DNA from: Patescibacteria group bacterium
GTDB lineage: Bacteria > Patescibacteriota > Patescibacteriia > Buchananbacterales > UBA6539
Assembly (NCBI GenBank): GCA_034003985.1
Contig: JAVEXP010000001.1
Span: 155,347 to 219,346, forward strand
Reading direction: 5' to 3'
DNA: 64,000 nt
Shown piece by piece: positions 37,122 to 46,817 of the stretch. Position 1 is the stretch's first letter, and each line of letters opens with the position of its first letter. Below the pieces are notes generated by a model. That model ran no database searches. It had not been told where the DNA came from and saw only the letters and a list, made by a program, of their open reading frames with translations. Made by a program: the position numbers and the translations under genes.

Positions 37122-37505
37122 ATGAATCGGAAATCCAAAAATAAGCTATATTTGGTCGCGGCGGCCGTGACCATAATCATCATAATCGTTGGATCGACAA
37201 TCTACCAGCACCGGGCCGGTGATTTAGATGGTTTGGCCAGTTGTCTTGAAGCCAATGGCGCCAGAATGTATGGGGCATTCTGGTGCAGCGCTTGTAATGC
37301 CCAAAAAGAAATGTTTGGCCAGTCAGCCAGACTGTTGCCTTATGTCGAATGTTCAACTGCTGACGGTCAGACTATGACTTTTGCTTGTCAGGGTAAAAAT
37401 ATTTCCGCTTATCCGACTTGGGAATTTGCCGACGGCACCACTCAGGTAGGTGTAATGTCCCTTGGTGATTTAGCGGCCGAAACCGGTTGTCAAGAAGTTT
37501 TGTGA
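37122..37505 (+). CDS. Membrane-anchored thioredoxin-like protein with a CxxC motif (FWCSAC).
   Basis: N-terminal TM segment and a Trx-fold with WCSAC. Confidence 0.5.
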   Translation: MNRKSKNKLYLVAAAVTIIIIIVGSTIYQHRAGDLDGLASCLEANGARMYGAFWCSACNAQKEMFGQSARLLPYVECSTADGQTMTFACQGKNISAYPTWEFADGTTQVGVMSLGDLAAETGCQEVL

Positions 37506-37509
37506 CGAC

Positions 37510-38061
37510 ATGTTGAATTCGCAATTCAAGCTTCGGCCAAAGACATTAAGAAATTCCGTTCCCTTGGCTTCGACAATCAAAAACATCAAACGCCAGCCGA
37601 TTTATTTTATTTTGGATAATGTCTTGGATACCTATAATGTCGGCTCCATCTTCAGACTGGCTGATGCCGTTAGTGCCAGCCGAGTCTATCTTTGCGGCGA
37701 GACCGAGACTCCTCCCAATACCAAAATTAAAAAAGCTTCAATTAATACTTGGCAGTGGACAGATTGGCGTTATAAACCGGATGTTTTGGCGGCAATTGAT
37801 GAGCTGCGGCAAGAAATAAAAGGCATTAAAATAATATCGGTAGAACAAAACGAACAAAGTCAATTGTACCATCAGGCCAAGTATCCTTTGCCGTTAGCCT
37901 TGATCGTCGGTAATGAAACCAGGGGAGTGTCTGAGGTGGCAATTGCAAAATCAGACTTTTTGGTTGAACTGCCAATGTTTGGGGTTAATAGCAGTTTGAA
38001 TGTGATTGTTTCTTTGGCGGTCGTGGCTTATGAAGTATTGGAAAAAAATAAAATAAAATAA
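37510..38061 (+). CDS. SpoU/TrmH-family (SPOUT) RNA 2'-O-methyltransferase.
   Basis: LDNVLDTYNVGSIFRLADA and the C-terminal SLNVIVSLAV knot motif. Confidence 0.8.
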   Translation: MLNSQFKLRPKTLRNSVPLASTIKNIKRQPIYFILDNVLDTYNVGSIFRLADAVSASRVYLCGETETPPNTKIKKASINTWQWTDWRYKPDVLAAIDELRQEIKGIKIISVEQNEQSQLYHQAKYPLPLALIVGNETRGVSEVAIAKSDFLVELPMFGVNSSLNVIVSLAVVAYEVLEKNKIK

Positions 38062-38138
38062 TTTTGTTAAAAAAAGAGAGGCGGCAATTTTTGGTTGTCG
38101 CCCCAAGGAAAACATTGGGCACTCGGAGTGCCTTTTTT

Positions 38139-39371
38139 TCAGAAGTAGAGAGTGAAGCCGGCTGAAAATACATCGACTTCAGTCTCATACCGTCCTGGAG
38201 ACAGGTTGTTGAACGATTGTCCAATTTCCTGTTTGACCCAAGCATGGAGGTATGCTAGGTCAAATGACCAGTTATCCTGATGGTAACCCAGGCCTAGTCC
38301 GACGCAGAATCCCTGGCCGTCAGGGATCACCGGATTGGTGGTGTCGTTGGGTACGGCTGGGCCGAGCCAGCCAACCCCCATCCGACTAGTCAAATGCTCG
38401 TTGAGTTGGCGCTCTATCCCCAGATGAGCGCTGAAAGATTTGTCCCAGTCCAGGCGCTGACGGATGGTTGGCAGCTTTCCGAAATCGAAGTCGATTCGGT
38501 CAGTCTGGCTATAGTCAAACCAGTTGACATCGAAAGCCACCAAATATTCGTTGTTGGGCTGCCAGGCAAATCCCAAACCCAATCGTGCCGGAAAGGTGAC
38601 ATCGGCGTCGAAGCCGTCGCGCCCCAGATTCAGTCCTGCCAACGAGATGTCGGTGTGACCTTTGAGGGCAATTTTCATCCGTGAGGAATAGCTCAGGGCC
38701 AATGCCAGGCGTTCATCGGGTTGCCAACGAATACCCAGACGATAACCCCAACCAAATCCGTCGCCTTCAGTCACTAAATCGGTGAGATCCAGTCTGACGC
38801 CGCCAATCTGGTGCAGGGGTGTGTGGTAGAGCAATTGGCCATAGCCAAGGTCTAATCCCACCCCGATACTCAGAGTGTCGGTGAGTTCATAGCTGAATCC
38901 ACCGGTGAGGTTGACTACGGCCAGCAGACTTTGGCGGTAGTTAAGACCCGGGTAGCGGTTGTTCGGGTATTTGACGCCCAAGCCATAGGGAGCGTATATT
39001 CCCGCTCCCAGTACCAGCCTGTCGGACAGGCGGGTGGCACCGGCTACTAGCGGCATAGTGAATAGCTGATCTTCCGACTGTTCTTCGAATCCGCCCCAGC
39101 TATCCGGCAGACGGTATTCAAAGTCGGGTGAAATGAAGTCGCCCGAAATTTGCAGGAAAGAGCCATCAACCTGGCTTAATCCCGCAATGTTGTGGTACAG
39201 TGCCGAGCCGTCGGAAGCTACGGCATTGTGGGCACCAGACATGCCCAGAGCTCTGGGGGTAAGGCTGGCGCCGGGACGGATAACACCACCACCAAACGCC
39301 GTCTGACCACAAAGTACTACCACCGCTAAGCAAGCCGCCCACTTAATATTCATCAGGTTCCTCCTTATCAT
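38139..39371 (-). CDS. FadL/OmpP1/TodX-family outer-membrane beta-barrel, a hydrophobic-compound transport protein. GC-rich.
   Basis: Signal peptide. N-terminal hatch motif ...ASDGSALYHNIAGL matches the FadL NPA(G)L region. Alternating amphipathic strands. The C-terminus ends ...GFTLYF (terminal Phe). About 56% GC. Confidence 0.7.
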   Translation of the reverse strand: MIRRNLMNIKWAACLAVVVLCGQTAFGGGVIRPGASLTPRALGMSGAHNAVASDGSALYHNIAGLSQVDGSFLQISGDFISPDFEYRLPDSWGGFEEQSEDQLFTMPLVAGATRLSDRLVLGAGIYAPYGLGVKYPNNRYPGLNYRQSLLAVVNLTGGFSYELTDTLSIGVGLDLGYGQLLYHTPLHQIGGVRLDLTDLVTEGDGFGWGYRLGIRWQPDERLALALSYSSRMKIALKGHTDISLAGLNLGRDGFDADVTFPARLGLGFAWQPNNEYLVAFDVNWFDYSQTDRIDFDFGKLPTIRQRLDWDKSFSAHLGIERQLNEHLTSRMGVGWLGPAVPNDTTNPVIPDGQGFCVGLGLGYHQDNWSFDLAYLHAWVKQEIGQSFNNLSPGRYETEVDVFSAGFTLYF

Positions 39372-39552
39372 CTTGTGTGCTTAACACGGGTTTCTGTTTT
39401 TACGGCTTTTTAAATTACCACATTTAAGTAAAAAAGTCAATATTGTATATTTTATAATTGACTTTTTTGTTGTATTATGATATTAATAAGAGTTGTCCTT
39501 TTAATTGGGTATAAGTGAATCCAACCGTGCTAAACACGAAAGGGTTAGGGCT

Positions 39553-40530
39553 ATGAGTATGTCAACGATTTTGGCAGTACCTACGGTCGAGGTGGCAGTT
39601 GACCCGGAGATTCCGGATGTCACAATCACAATGGTCGAGCAGTGTCGGCCGATCTCCACCTACACCTACGAGAGGTTGCGTTGGCTCTATGTGCTGACAT
39701 TTCCTCTCTCGGTTGCCCTAACCTTGTGGGTTATGGGCAAGAAGTTTTTGTGTTTGGCATTGGGTCGTCCAATGCCAAGAATCAACACCATCTTTTTTGA
39801 TGGTTTGGGGGAGGAGTGCCGCCAGATCAAGATGGGCGAGGCCTCGTGGAAAGCCCTGCATGTCATCTATAACCATGTTTTTAAGTGGGGATGGCGGGTC
39901 GACACTTTCGTTGACAATTATTGGATCGGCATGGTCAATGCACAAGCGGTGCGTAACCGCTTCAAGTTGGTCAAGCAGGAGATCCGGCGGGCCATCATGT
40001 CGGTCTACGACGGAGCGGAAGTAAGAATTATGTCCCTGGCCTGCGGTTCGGCCCAAGCTATCATTGAAGTGATGGCCGAAATGAAACAGAAAGGGATCGT
40101 GGTTCGGGCAATGCTGGTCGACAAGGACCAGGACGCGCTTGACTATGCGATGCAACTTGCCAATGAGCATGGTTTGCAAGATCGTGTCAGCGTCGTTTGC
40201 GATACCGTCTCAAATGTCGAGTTCTTGGCAGCTGACTTTCGGCCTCAGATCATTGAGATGCTGGGGCTGCTGGACTACCTGCATCAGCTCAAAGCCATTG
40301 ATCTGGCTGCCAAGATCTATCGGTCGCTGCCCGACAAAGGCTGGTTTCTCACCTGTAACATTGCCCATAACTTCGAGATGTGGTTCCTGCGGTGGGTAAT
40401 TAACTGGCCGATGATCTATCGGACGCCTCGGCAGTTGGCGGAAGTGGTGCTCAAAGCCGGCTTTGCCGATTGTCGGCTGATTTACGAGCCCCATCGAGTC
40501 CACGGATTGGTAGTCACCCAGAAGGTGTAA
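39553..40530 (+). CDS. Membrane-associated class I SAM-dependent methyltransferase-like protein. GC-rich.
   Basis: Motif I LACGSAQ, acidic post-I LVDKD, motif II VVCDTV, and one predicted TM helix near the N-terminus. Start taken at the ATG at 39553 preceded by AAAGGG. Confidence 0.5.
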   Translation: MSMSTILAVPTVEVAVDPEIPDVTITMVEQCRPISTYTYERLRWLYVLTFPLSVALTLWVMGKKFLCLALGRPMPRINTIFFDGLGEECRQIKMGEASWKALHVIYNHVFKWGWRVDTFVDNYWIGMVNAQAVRNRFKLVKQEIRRAIMSVYDGAEVRIMSLACGSAQAIIEVMAEMKQKGIVVRAMLVDKDQDALDYAMQLANEHGLQDRVSVVCDTVSNVEFLAADFRPQIIEMLGLLDYLHQLKAIDLAAKIYRSLPDKGWFLTCNIAHNFEMWFLRWVINWPMIYRTPRQLAEVVLKAGFADCRLIYEPHRVHGLVVTQKV

Positions 40531-40602
40531 ACCTTCAAGAACGGTGGCTTGGGCCTGGGAAAAATGCTATACTGAAAGCAGTTTTCCCAGGTTCTATTTT
40601 TT

Positions 40603-42807
40603 ATGGCGTTAATATTTCCTTACGCTCTATCGGCCTTAATTAATGCACTAACCAGTTTGATACTCGGGACTTTTGTTGTTGTTAAAAATTTTCGAAATAA
40701 AGTTAATCTAACTTTTGGCTTGTTTGCCTTTAGTGTAGCTTTCTGGAGCATCGGCTATTATTTATGGCAGATGTCGGGAACAAGTGAAATAGCCTTATTT
40801 TGGTGTAGGGTTTTAATGGCCGGGGCAATATTTATTCCAATTTTTTATTTTCATTTTGTATTGGCATTGATTGGTCTGTTGGAAAAAAAACGCTTGGTCC
40901 TGGTTGTTGGCTATGTTATTTTTATTTCTTTTTTCTTTTTGAATTTTACTTCGTTTTTTGTTAATCGAGTTGAGCCAAGATTATATTTTAAATTTTGGCC
41001 ACTTCCTGGTCCTGCTTATCACGGATTTTTGATTTTATGGTTTTTGTATGTTGCTTATTCAACTTATTTGTTGTATCAGAAGTATAAGAATTCTTCCGGC
41101 ACTATAAGGCAACAAATAAAGTATGTTTTTTTGGGAATGGTCATTGGTTTTGCTGGCGGCTCAACTAATTATTTGCTGTGGTATGGTATACCAATCCCAC
41201 CAGTAGCAAATATTTTAGTTTCGGTTTATGTTGGTTCAATTGCTTATGCAATTGCCAAATATCGCCTAATGGATATTAGATTTTTTGCTCGCAAGGCATT
41301 CATTTATTTTGGAATGGCACTTTTTACTTATTTAATGTTTTATTTTGTTGCTTGGCTATATCTAGCTTTCGCTGATGGGATATTTACTTCGACATCCTAT
41401 TTGACAGGGTTAATAATTGCTCCGTTTTTTGTATTTTTCTTTTATTTAGTTAACCATTTTTTAAAGTTGGTGGCTAATAAATATTTTTTTGCCAGTCTTT
41501 ATAATTATCAAGAAACAATCAATAAATTAACTCGGGAGCTTAATTATTATACTGATTTGAATAAAATTATTGATTCAATTGTCGAGACGATCAAAAATAC
41601 CATGCAGTTGGATCGCGCCGGTGTTTTGTTGATTAATCAAAATGTTAAACCAGTTCATTATCAAATTGCCAAAGTCATCGGTTTTAATGAGCATAACGGC
41701 ATTAGCTTGGTTCAGGATAATTTTTTGACCAGATATTTGGAAAGCAGCCAGAAACCACTGGTTAGAGAGGAGCTGGCTTTGTTGGCAAACAATGCCACCA
41801 GGCAGAAAGACAAAGAAAGCTTTGAACAGTTGGCCGAACACATGAAGCGCATTGAAGCCTCGCTTTGTTTGCCGCTGACCAGCAATACCAAACTGATTGG
41901 TATAATTGTTTTAGGGTCAAAAGCCTCGCGTGATGCCTATACTAATGAAGATTTAGAGCTTTTGAGCACTCTTTCATTGCAGGCGGCTATCGCGATTGAT
42001 AATGCCAGACTTTATCAGGAGGTACAGAATTTCAACAAGAATTTACAGCAGAAAGTTGATATCCAAACTCAAGAAATAACTAAGAAAAATCAGTATCTTC
42101 AGGAATTGCTTAAAATGAAAAACGAATTTTTAAACATCGCTTCCCATCAGCTCAAAACGCCGATTTCCATTACGCGCGGGTACTTGTCAATGATTCTGGA
42201 CGGTACTATCAAAGAACAAGCCAAACAGCAGGACGCGCTGGAAAAGGCGATGGGCGGAATTAACCGGCTTAATGAAACAGTCAAGAATTTTTTGGATGCC
42301 TCCGATTTGGAGGGGAAAGAGATGGAGCTGGAAATCGCCAAAACTGATATTTTGAAATTGATCGAAGATTTAATTGCCGCCAAGAAAATTCTGGCCGAAA
42401 ATAAAGGTTTAGTTTTGGAATTCATTAAACCTAAAGAAAAGATTCCAAGTTTTAATTTGGACGGCTCAAGGTTAACTGAAGCCATTTCCAATCTGATAGA
42501 TAATGCGATATTTTATACTAACGAGGGCAAGGTTTGTGTTAGTCTTAATGTTAGCAATAATGAAATAATCATCTCGATTCAGGATACCGGCATTGGTATC
42601 TCCCCCTCAGAACAGAAAAATTTATTTAATAAATTTCGCCGCGGCAAGCGGGCAATTTTGGCTAAGCCTGACGGTTCGGGGTTGGGACTGTATATTTGTA
42701 AAAAAATTGTTGAGCTACATAAAGGCAAAATAGTCTTAGAGAGTGCCGTTGGGCAAGGAACCAAGTTTATAATTCAACTTCCGACAAATTTGAAAGCGCT
42801 AAAATAA
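40603..42807 (+). CDS. Sensor histidine kinase with a 7TM N-terminal domain, GAF, HisKA and HATPase_c.
   Basis: Multiple TM helices in the N-terminal 290 aa, H-box IASHQLKTPIS, and N/G1/G2 boxes (DNAIFYT, QDTGIGI, GSGLGL). Confidence 0.85.
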   Translation: MALIFPYALSALINALTSLILGTFVVVKNFRNKVNLTFGLFAFSVAFWSIGYYLWQMSGTSEIALFWCRVLMAGAIFIPIFYFHFVLALIGLLEKKRLVLVVGYVIFISFFFLNFTSFFVNRVEPRLYFKFWPLPGPAYHGFLILWFLYVAYSTYLLYQKYKNSSGTIRQQIKYVFLGMVIGFAGGSTNYLLWYGIPIPPVANILVSVYVGSIAYAIAKYRLMDIRFFARKAFIYFGMALFTYLMFYFVAWLYLAFADGIFTSTSYLTGLIIAPFFVFFFYLVNHFLKLVANKYFFASLYNYQETINKLTRELNYYTDLNKIIDSIVETIKNTMQLDRAGVLLINQNVKPVHYQIAKVIGFNEHNGISLVQDNFLTRYLESSQKPLVREELALLANNATRQKDKESFEQLAEHMKRIEASLCLPLTSNTKLIGIIVLGSKASRDAYTNEDLELLSTLSLQAAIAIDNARLYQEVQNFNKNLQQKVDIQTQEITKKNQYLQELLKMKNEFLNIASHQLKTPISITRGYLSMILDGTIKEQAKQQDALEKAMGGINRLNETVKNFLDASDLEGKEMELEIAKTDILKLIEDLIAAKKILAENKGLVLEFIKPKEKIPSFNLDGSRLTEAISNLIDNAIFYTNEGKVCVSLNVSNNEIIISIQDTGIGISPSEQKNLFNKFRRGKRAILAKPDGSGLGLYICKKIVELHKGKIVLESAVGQGTKFIIQLPTNLKALK

Positions 42808-42811
42808 ATAT

Positions 42812-43219
42812 ATGGCTAACCAAAAAAAAGTTTTATTTATTGAAGACGAACCGGGGTTGATTGATATTTATCATTTGACTTTTGATGCTCATGGTTATCA
42901 ATTTTTTTCGACAGCCGATATTGAAGAGGGTATGATCATCGCCAAAACCCAGCAACCGGACATTATTCTTTTGGATATTATTTTGCCGGAAAAGAGCGGT
43001 GATTCGGTTAATATCTCGGCCAAACAAGGGCTGGTATTTTTAAGCCGAGCAAAAAGCGACAAACAAATTAAGGATATTCCGGTTGTGGTTTTTACCAACC
43101 TTAACTCTTCGGCTGATCGCCAAAAAGCCAAGGAACTGGGAGCGGTGGACTATCTGGTTAAGGCGGACAACTTGCCTGATGAAGTGTTTAAAAAGGTAGA
43201 TAAATTCTTGAATCAGTAA
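42812..43219 (+). CDS. Single-domain response regulator (REC only).
   Basis: VLFIEDE, phospho-acceptor Asp in ILLDIILP, and a conserved Lys region. Confidence 0.8.
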   Translation: MANQKKVLFIEDEPGLIDIYHLTFDAHGYQFFSTADIEEGMIIAKTQQPDIILLDIILPEKSGDSVNISAKQGLVFLSRAKSDKQIKDIPVVVFTNLNSSADRQKAKELGAVDYLVKADNLPDEVFKKVDKFLNQ

Positions 43220-43255
43220 GGATTTGGACTTTGTGGATAACATAATTATTGAGAC

Positions 43256-43284
43256 TTGACAGTAGTTTGGTTTCAGCATACAAT
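43256..43284 (+). promoter_or_regulatory. Sigma70-like promoter for greA: TTGACA, 17-nt spacer, TACAAT.
   Basis: ttgaca at 43256-43261 and tacaat at 43279-43284. Confidence 0.55.
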
Positions 43285-43305
43285 AAGTTCTAATAATATT
43301 AATTC

Positions 43306-43328
43306 ATACAGTTGTGGCTGTATTTTTT
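43306..43328 (+). terminator. Leader hairpin plus T-run between the greA promoter and its RBS. A GraL-like attenuator or short-RNA terminator.
   Basis: atacag-ttgtgg-ctgtat followed by tttttat, about 15-38 nt downstream of the predicted transcription start. Confidence 0.4.
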
Positions 43329-43349
43329 ATATAAATTTAAGGAGCAATC

Positions 43350-43808
43350 ATGGGAACAAACTATATTACCAAAGAGGGACTTGAAAAGTTAAAAGAAGAA
43401 CTTGAATATTTAAAAAAGACCAAAATGCCCGAAGTAGTTGAGCGAATTTCCCGCGCCAAGGAGCTTGGTGATTTGTCGGAAAACGCCGAATATCATGACG
43501 CCAAAGACGAACAGGGCTTTATCGCTGGGCGGATTGCCGAATTGGAAAATTTGGTTATCAAATCATTAGTGATTGAAGAAAGTGGCAGTAAAGAGGTGGT
43601 CAGCATTGGTTCGACAATTAAGGTAAAATGCGATAATCATAGTTTTACTTATACGATCGTCGGATCAAATGAAGCTAATCCGGCTCATGGCCTGATTTCA
43701 AACGAATCGCCAATCGGTCGAGCTTTTTTGGGAAGAAAGAAGGGCGACAAAGTCACAGTCAAGGTTCCAAGGGGTGAAATGGAATGCCATATTTTGGAAA
43801 TTGGCTAG
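43350..43808 (+). CDS. greA: Transcription elongation factor GreA.
   Basis: GreA coiled-coil N-terminus with the acidic tip DLSENAEYHDAKDEQ, plus an FKBP-like C-terminal domain. Confidence 0.9.
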   Translation: MGTNYITKEGLEKLKEELEYLKKTKMPEVVERISRAKELGDLSENAEYHDAKDEQGFIAGRIAELENLVIKSLVIEESGSKEVVSIGSTIKVKCDNHSFTYTIVGSNEANPAHGLISNESPIGRAFLGRKKGDKVTVKVPRGEMECHILEIG

Positions 43809-43830
43809 AATCAAAATTAAAAACCAACCA

Positions 43831-43863
43831 ATTACCCCGTGAAAATCGGGGTAATTTTATTTT
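43831..43863 (+). terminator. greA terminator: attaccccg-tgaaaat-cggggtaat followed by a T-run.
   Basis: Perfect 9-bp stem followed by tttatttt. Confidence 0.65.
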
Positions 43864-43890
43864 GACTAAAATCGTTTTTTTTAGTAAAAT
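43862..43890 (+). promoter_or_regulatory. Sigma70-like promoter for lysS: TTGACT, 17-nt spacer, TAAAAT.
   Basis: ttgact at 43862-43867 and taaaat at 43885-43890. Confidence 0.5.
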
Positions 43891-43915
43891 TATTCTATAA
43901 AATTTTATAACTTTT

Positions 43916-45394
43916 ATGACTAATACCCTAAATGACGAGTATCAGACTCGTCTTAATAAACTCAAAAATCTTAGGGAGCGAGGGATAAATCCTTATCCTG
44001 AACGGTTTGAAAAACTTCAGTCAATTGCTGAAGTTTTACAGTATAAAATCGGTAGAAAGGTAAAGACGGCCGGTCGAATTGTGACGGTTAGGATAATGGG
44101 TAAGATTGCCTTTTGCCATCTTCAGGATTGGTCCGGTCGAATGCAGATTGTTTTAAAGGAAGATGAAGTCGGTAAAGATGGTTTGAAAGAGTTTAGTAAG
44201 ATTTTTGATCCCGGTGATTTTATCGGTGTCGAGGGGGAAGTATTCAAAACTCAAAAAGGAGAGCTGTCGATTTTAGTGAAAAAATATAAATTATTGAGTA
44301 AGACTTTGCGACCTCTGCCGGAGAAATGGCACGGTTTAAAGGATCAGGAATTGAAATATCGTCAACGCTACCTCGATTTAATTTCCAATCATGAAACATT
44401 AGAGCGGTTTAAACTGCGAAGCAGGCTGATTAGGTCTTTGCGCGAATTTTATTGGTCAAATGGTTTTATGGAAGTTGAGACGCCAATTTTGACCAATACT
44501 GCTTCGGGCGCTTTAGCTAAACCGTTTAAAACCCATTATAATGCCTTGGATATCGATGTTTATTTAAGGATTGCGCCGGAAACTTATTTAAAGGAGTGTG
44601 TGGTCGGTGGAATTGAAAAAGTTTTTGAGGTCGGTCGGGCTTTCCGGAATGAAGGGATGGATCCGTCTCACTTACAAGATTTTACCATGGCGGAACACTA
44701 TGTAGCCTATTGGAATTTTGAAGACAATATGAAATTTACCGAGGAACTTTTTGCCTATTTATTGGATAAACTGTTTGGAACTCTGAAATTGGAGATAAAA
44801 GATCGTCAGGGGCAATTGCACCAAGTTGACTTCAAGCCACCATGGCCGCGAGTCAGTTTTGCTCAATTGATTAAAAAGGATTGCGGCATTGATATTGATA
44901 AATTTGATTCGGCATTAAGCTTGCGAAAAGAAGTTAAAAATAAAAAAATTATTATCGAAGACATTGACCGCTTGGGTCGGGGCAATTTGATCGACGCTTT
45001 GTATAAGGCGGTTTCGCGGGACAAGCTGATTAAACCGACTTTTTTAATTAATCATCCACTTGATCTTTCACCGTTGGCCAGGAGAAACGATGACAACCCG
45101 CAGATTGTTGATCGTTTTCAGTTGATTGTTAACGGTTGGGAAATTGTTAACGCTTATTCGGAACTGGTTGACCCAGTTGATCAAGCTCAACGATTTGAAG
45201 CTCAAAACGAGGCTAAGGCCAAAGGTGATGCCGAGGCTCACGGCAAAGATGACGAATATGTCAGGGCTTTGGAGCATGGGGCGCCGCCGATTTCAGGCTG
45301 GGGCATGGGAATTGACCGCATTGTTACTTTATTAACTAAACAAGATAATTTAAGAGACGTGGTTCTGTTTCCATTACTGCGTCCGGAAAAATAA
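43916..45394 (+). CDS. lysS: Lysyl-tRNA synthetase, class II.
   Basis: OB-fold anticodon-binding N-terminus and class II motifs (FMEVETP, GRAFRNEG, GMGIDR). Confidence 0.9.
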   Translation: MTNTLNDEYQTRLNKLKNLRERGINPYPERFEKLQSIAEVLQYKIGRKVKTAGRIVTVRIMGKIAFCHLQDWSGRMQIVLKEDEVGKDGLKEFSKIFDPGDFIGVEGEVFKTQKGELSILVKKYKLLSKTLRPLPEKWHGLKDQELKYRQRYLDLISNHETLERFKLRSRLIRSLREFYWSNGFMEVETPILTNTASGALAKPFKTHYNALDIDVYLRIAPETYLKECVVGGIEKVFEVGRAFRNEGMDPSHLQDFTMAEHYVAYWNFEDNMKFTEELFAYLLDKLFGTLKLEIKDRQGQLHQVDFKPPWPRVSFAQLIKKDCGIDIDKFDSALSLRKEVKNKKIIIEDIDRLGRGNLIDALYKAVSRDKLIKPTFLINHPLDLSPLARRNDDNPQIVDRFQLIVNGWEIVNAYSELVDPVDQAQRFEAQNEAKAKGDAEAHGKDDEYVRALEHGAPPISGWGMGIDRIVTLLTKQDNLRDVVLFPLLRPEK

Positions 45395-45398
45395 AAAT

Positions 45399-45809
45399 AT
45401 GTTAGGAGTCGGTGAAATTATTTCCCGTTTATTATTAGTAACTGTTTTGGCCGGGCTGTTGGGTTTGGAGCGTGAATTCAAGGATAAACCGGCCGGTTTT
45501 CGAACCAATGTCATGGTTGGGCTCGGTTCGGCTTTGACAATGATTGTGTCTTTAATGTTTGAAATTGATTCGGCCAGAATTGCCGCGGGAGTAATAACCG
45601 GCATTGGTTTTATCGGCGGCGGCTTGATTATTCACGGTAAGAGCGAAGTCCACGGTATTACTACGGCCGCGACAATTTGGGTTGTGTCGGCAATCGGTTT
45701 GGCGGTCGGTGCCGGTTATTTTTTGCCGGCCGGCGTAGTTACCGCCATTGCCTTGTTTGTTCTCTACTTTTTCAGTGATGACCGGATGCATAAAATTTTT
45801 GGAGTTTAA
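45399..45809 (+). CDS. MgtC/SapB-family membrane protein.
   Basis: LLGLEREFKDKPAGFRTN is the MgtC signature. 4-5 TM helices. Confidence 0.75.
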   Translation: MLGVGEIISRLLLVTVLAGLLGLEREFKDKPAGFRTNVMVGLGSALTMIVSLMFEIDSARIAAGVITGIGFIGGGLIIHGKSEVHGITTAATIWVVSAIGLAVGAGYFLPAGVVTAIALFVLYFFSDDRMHKIFGV

Positions 45810-45814
45810 ATTAT

Positions 45815-46381
45815 ATGGACCGCGCCGAAGCTTATGAATTACTGAAACAGCACATGAAGGATCCGGCTAATCTTAACCATAGCCGGGAGTCCGAAGTCAT
45901 TATGCGCGCATTGGCCAGAAAATTCGGCGGCGATCAAGAATATTGGGGCAATCTCGGCCTGCTTCATGATATTGATTGGGAATATGGCGAACAGCAGCAT
46001 TGTCGGAAGTGCTGGAAAATCTTAGCAGCGGCTGGTTTTGACGATGAATTCATTGAGACGATCGTCTCGCACGGGTACGGTTTTGCCGAGCTGGGTCAGG
46101 ATTTTGCGGCTAAGCAAAGACAGGGTGATTTACAACATTTGTTGGCTGCCGCCGAGACCATCACTGGTCTAATTTACGCCTCAGCCCTGGTTAGGCCGGA
46201 TAAGAAATTGGAATCAGTCGAGGCAAGATCAATCAAGAAAAAGATGAAGGACAAATCCTTTGCCGCCAAAGTTGATCGGGAGGTAATTAAAGAATGCGAG
46301 CAGGCCGGCATTATGCTGGATGATTTCATTGAATTGAGTTTGAAAGCGGTAAAAGAAATTGCTGCCGAGATCGGAGTTTAA
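45815..46381 (+). CDS. HD-domain phosphohydrolase.
   Basis: An H...HD motif (LLHDID) in an all-helical protein. Confidence 0.6.
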   Translation: MDRAEAYELLKQHMKDPANLNHSRESEVIMRALARKFGGDQEYWGNLGLLHDIDWEYGEQQHCRKCWKILAAAGFDDEFIETIVSHGYGFAELGQDFAAKQRQGDLQHLLAAAETITGLIYASALVRPDKKLESVEARSIKKKMKDKSFAAKVDREVIKECEQAGIMLDDFIELSLKAVKEIAAEIGV

Positions 46382-46382
46382 T

Positions 46383-46817
46383 ATGACTGTGGCGTCAAAA
46401 GTAAAACCACAAAGAGTGATGGTATTTGGCACTTTTGACGGCTTGCATCAAGGTCATTTGAATTTATTCAAACAAGCCAGAAAATATGGCGACTATTTGA
46501 TTGTGGTGGTGGCGCGTGATATCAATGTTTTAAAGATTAAAGGTCATAGGCCAGAAAAATCCGAGCGGCAAAGATTAAAGGATGTGTCGGATGTTAAATT
46601 AGTTTCGTTGGCGGTTTTGGGAAATATTAAGGATCCCTATGCCGTAATTCGGCGCTATCGGCCTTCAGCCATTGGCTTGGGTTATGATCAGGACAGCTTT
46701 ACTAAAAATTTAAAAGAAAATTTTTTGGCTATTAAAATTTATCGTTTAAAACCTTATCGGGCCAATATTTATAAATCATCAAAATTAAGAAATCAAAGGT
46801 ATGTTAGACATCAATAA
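46383..46817 (+). CDS. Cytidylyltransferase-like nucleotidyltransferase (FAD synthase RibL or FMN adenylyltransferase-like).
   Basis: FGTFDGLHQGH is the (H/T)xGH nucleotidyltransferase motif. Start taken at MTVASK just after the upstream gene's stop. Confidence 0.6.
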   Translation: MTVASKVKPQRVMVFGTFDGLHQGHLNLFKQARKYGDYLIVVVARDINVLKIKGHRPEKSERQRLKDVSDVKLVSLAVLGNIKDPYAVIRRYRPSAIGLGYDQDSFTKNLKENFLAIKIYRLKPYRANIYKSSKLRNQRYVRHQ

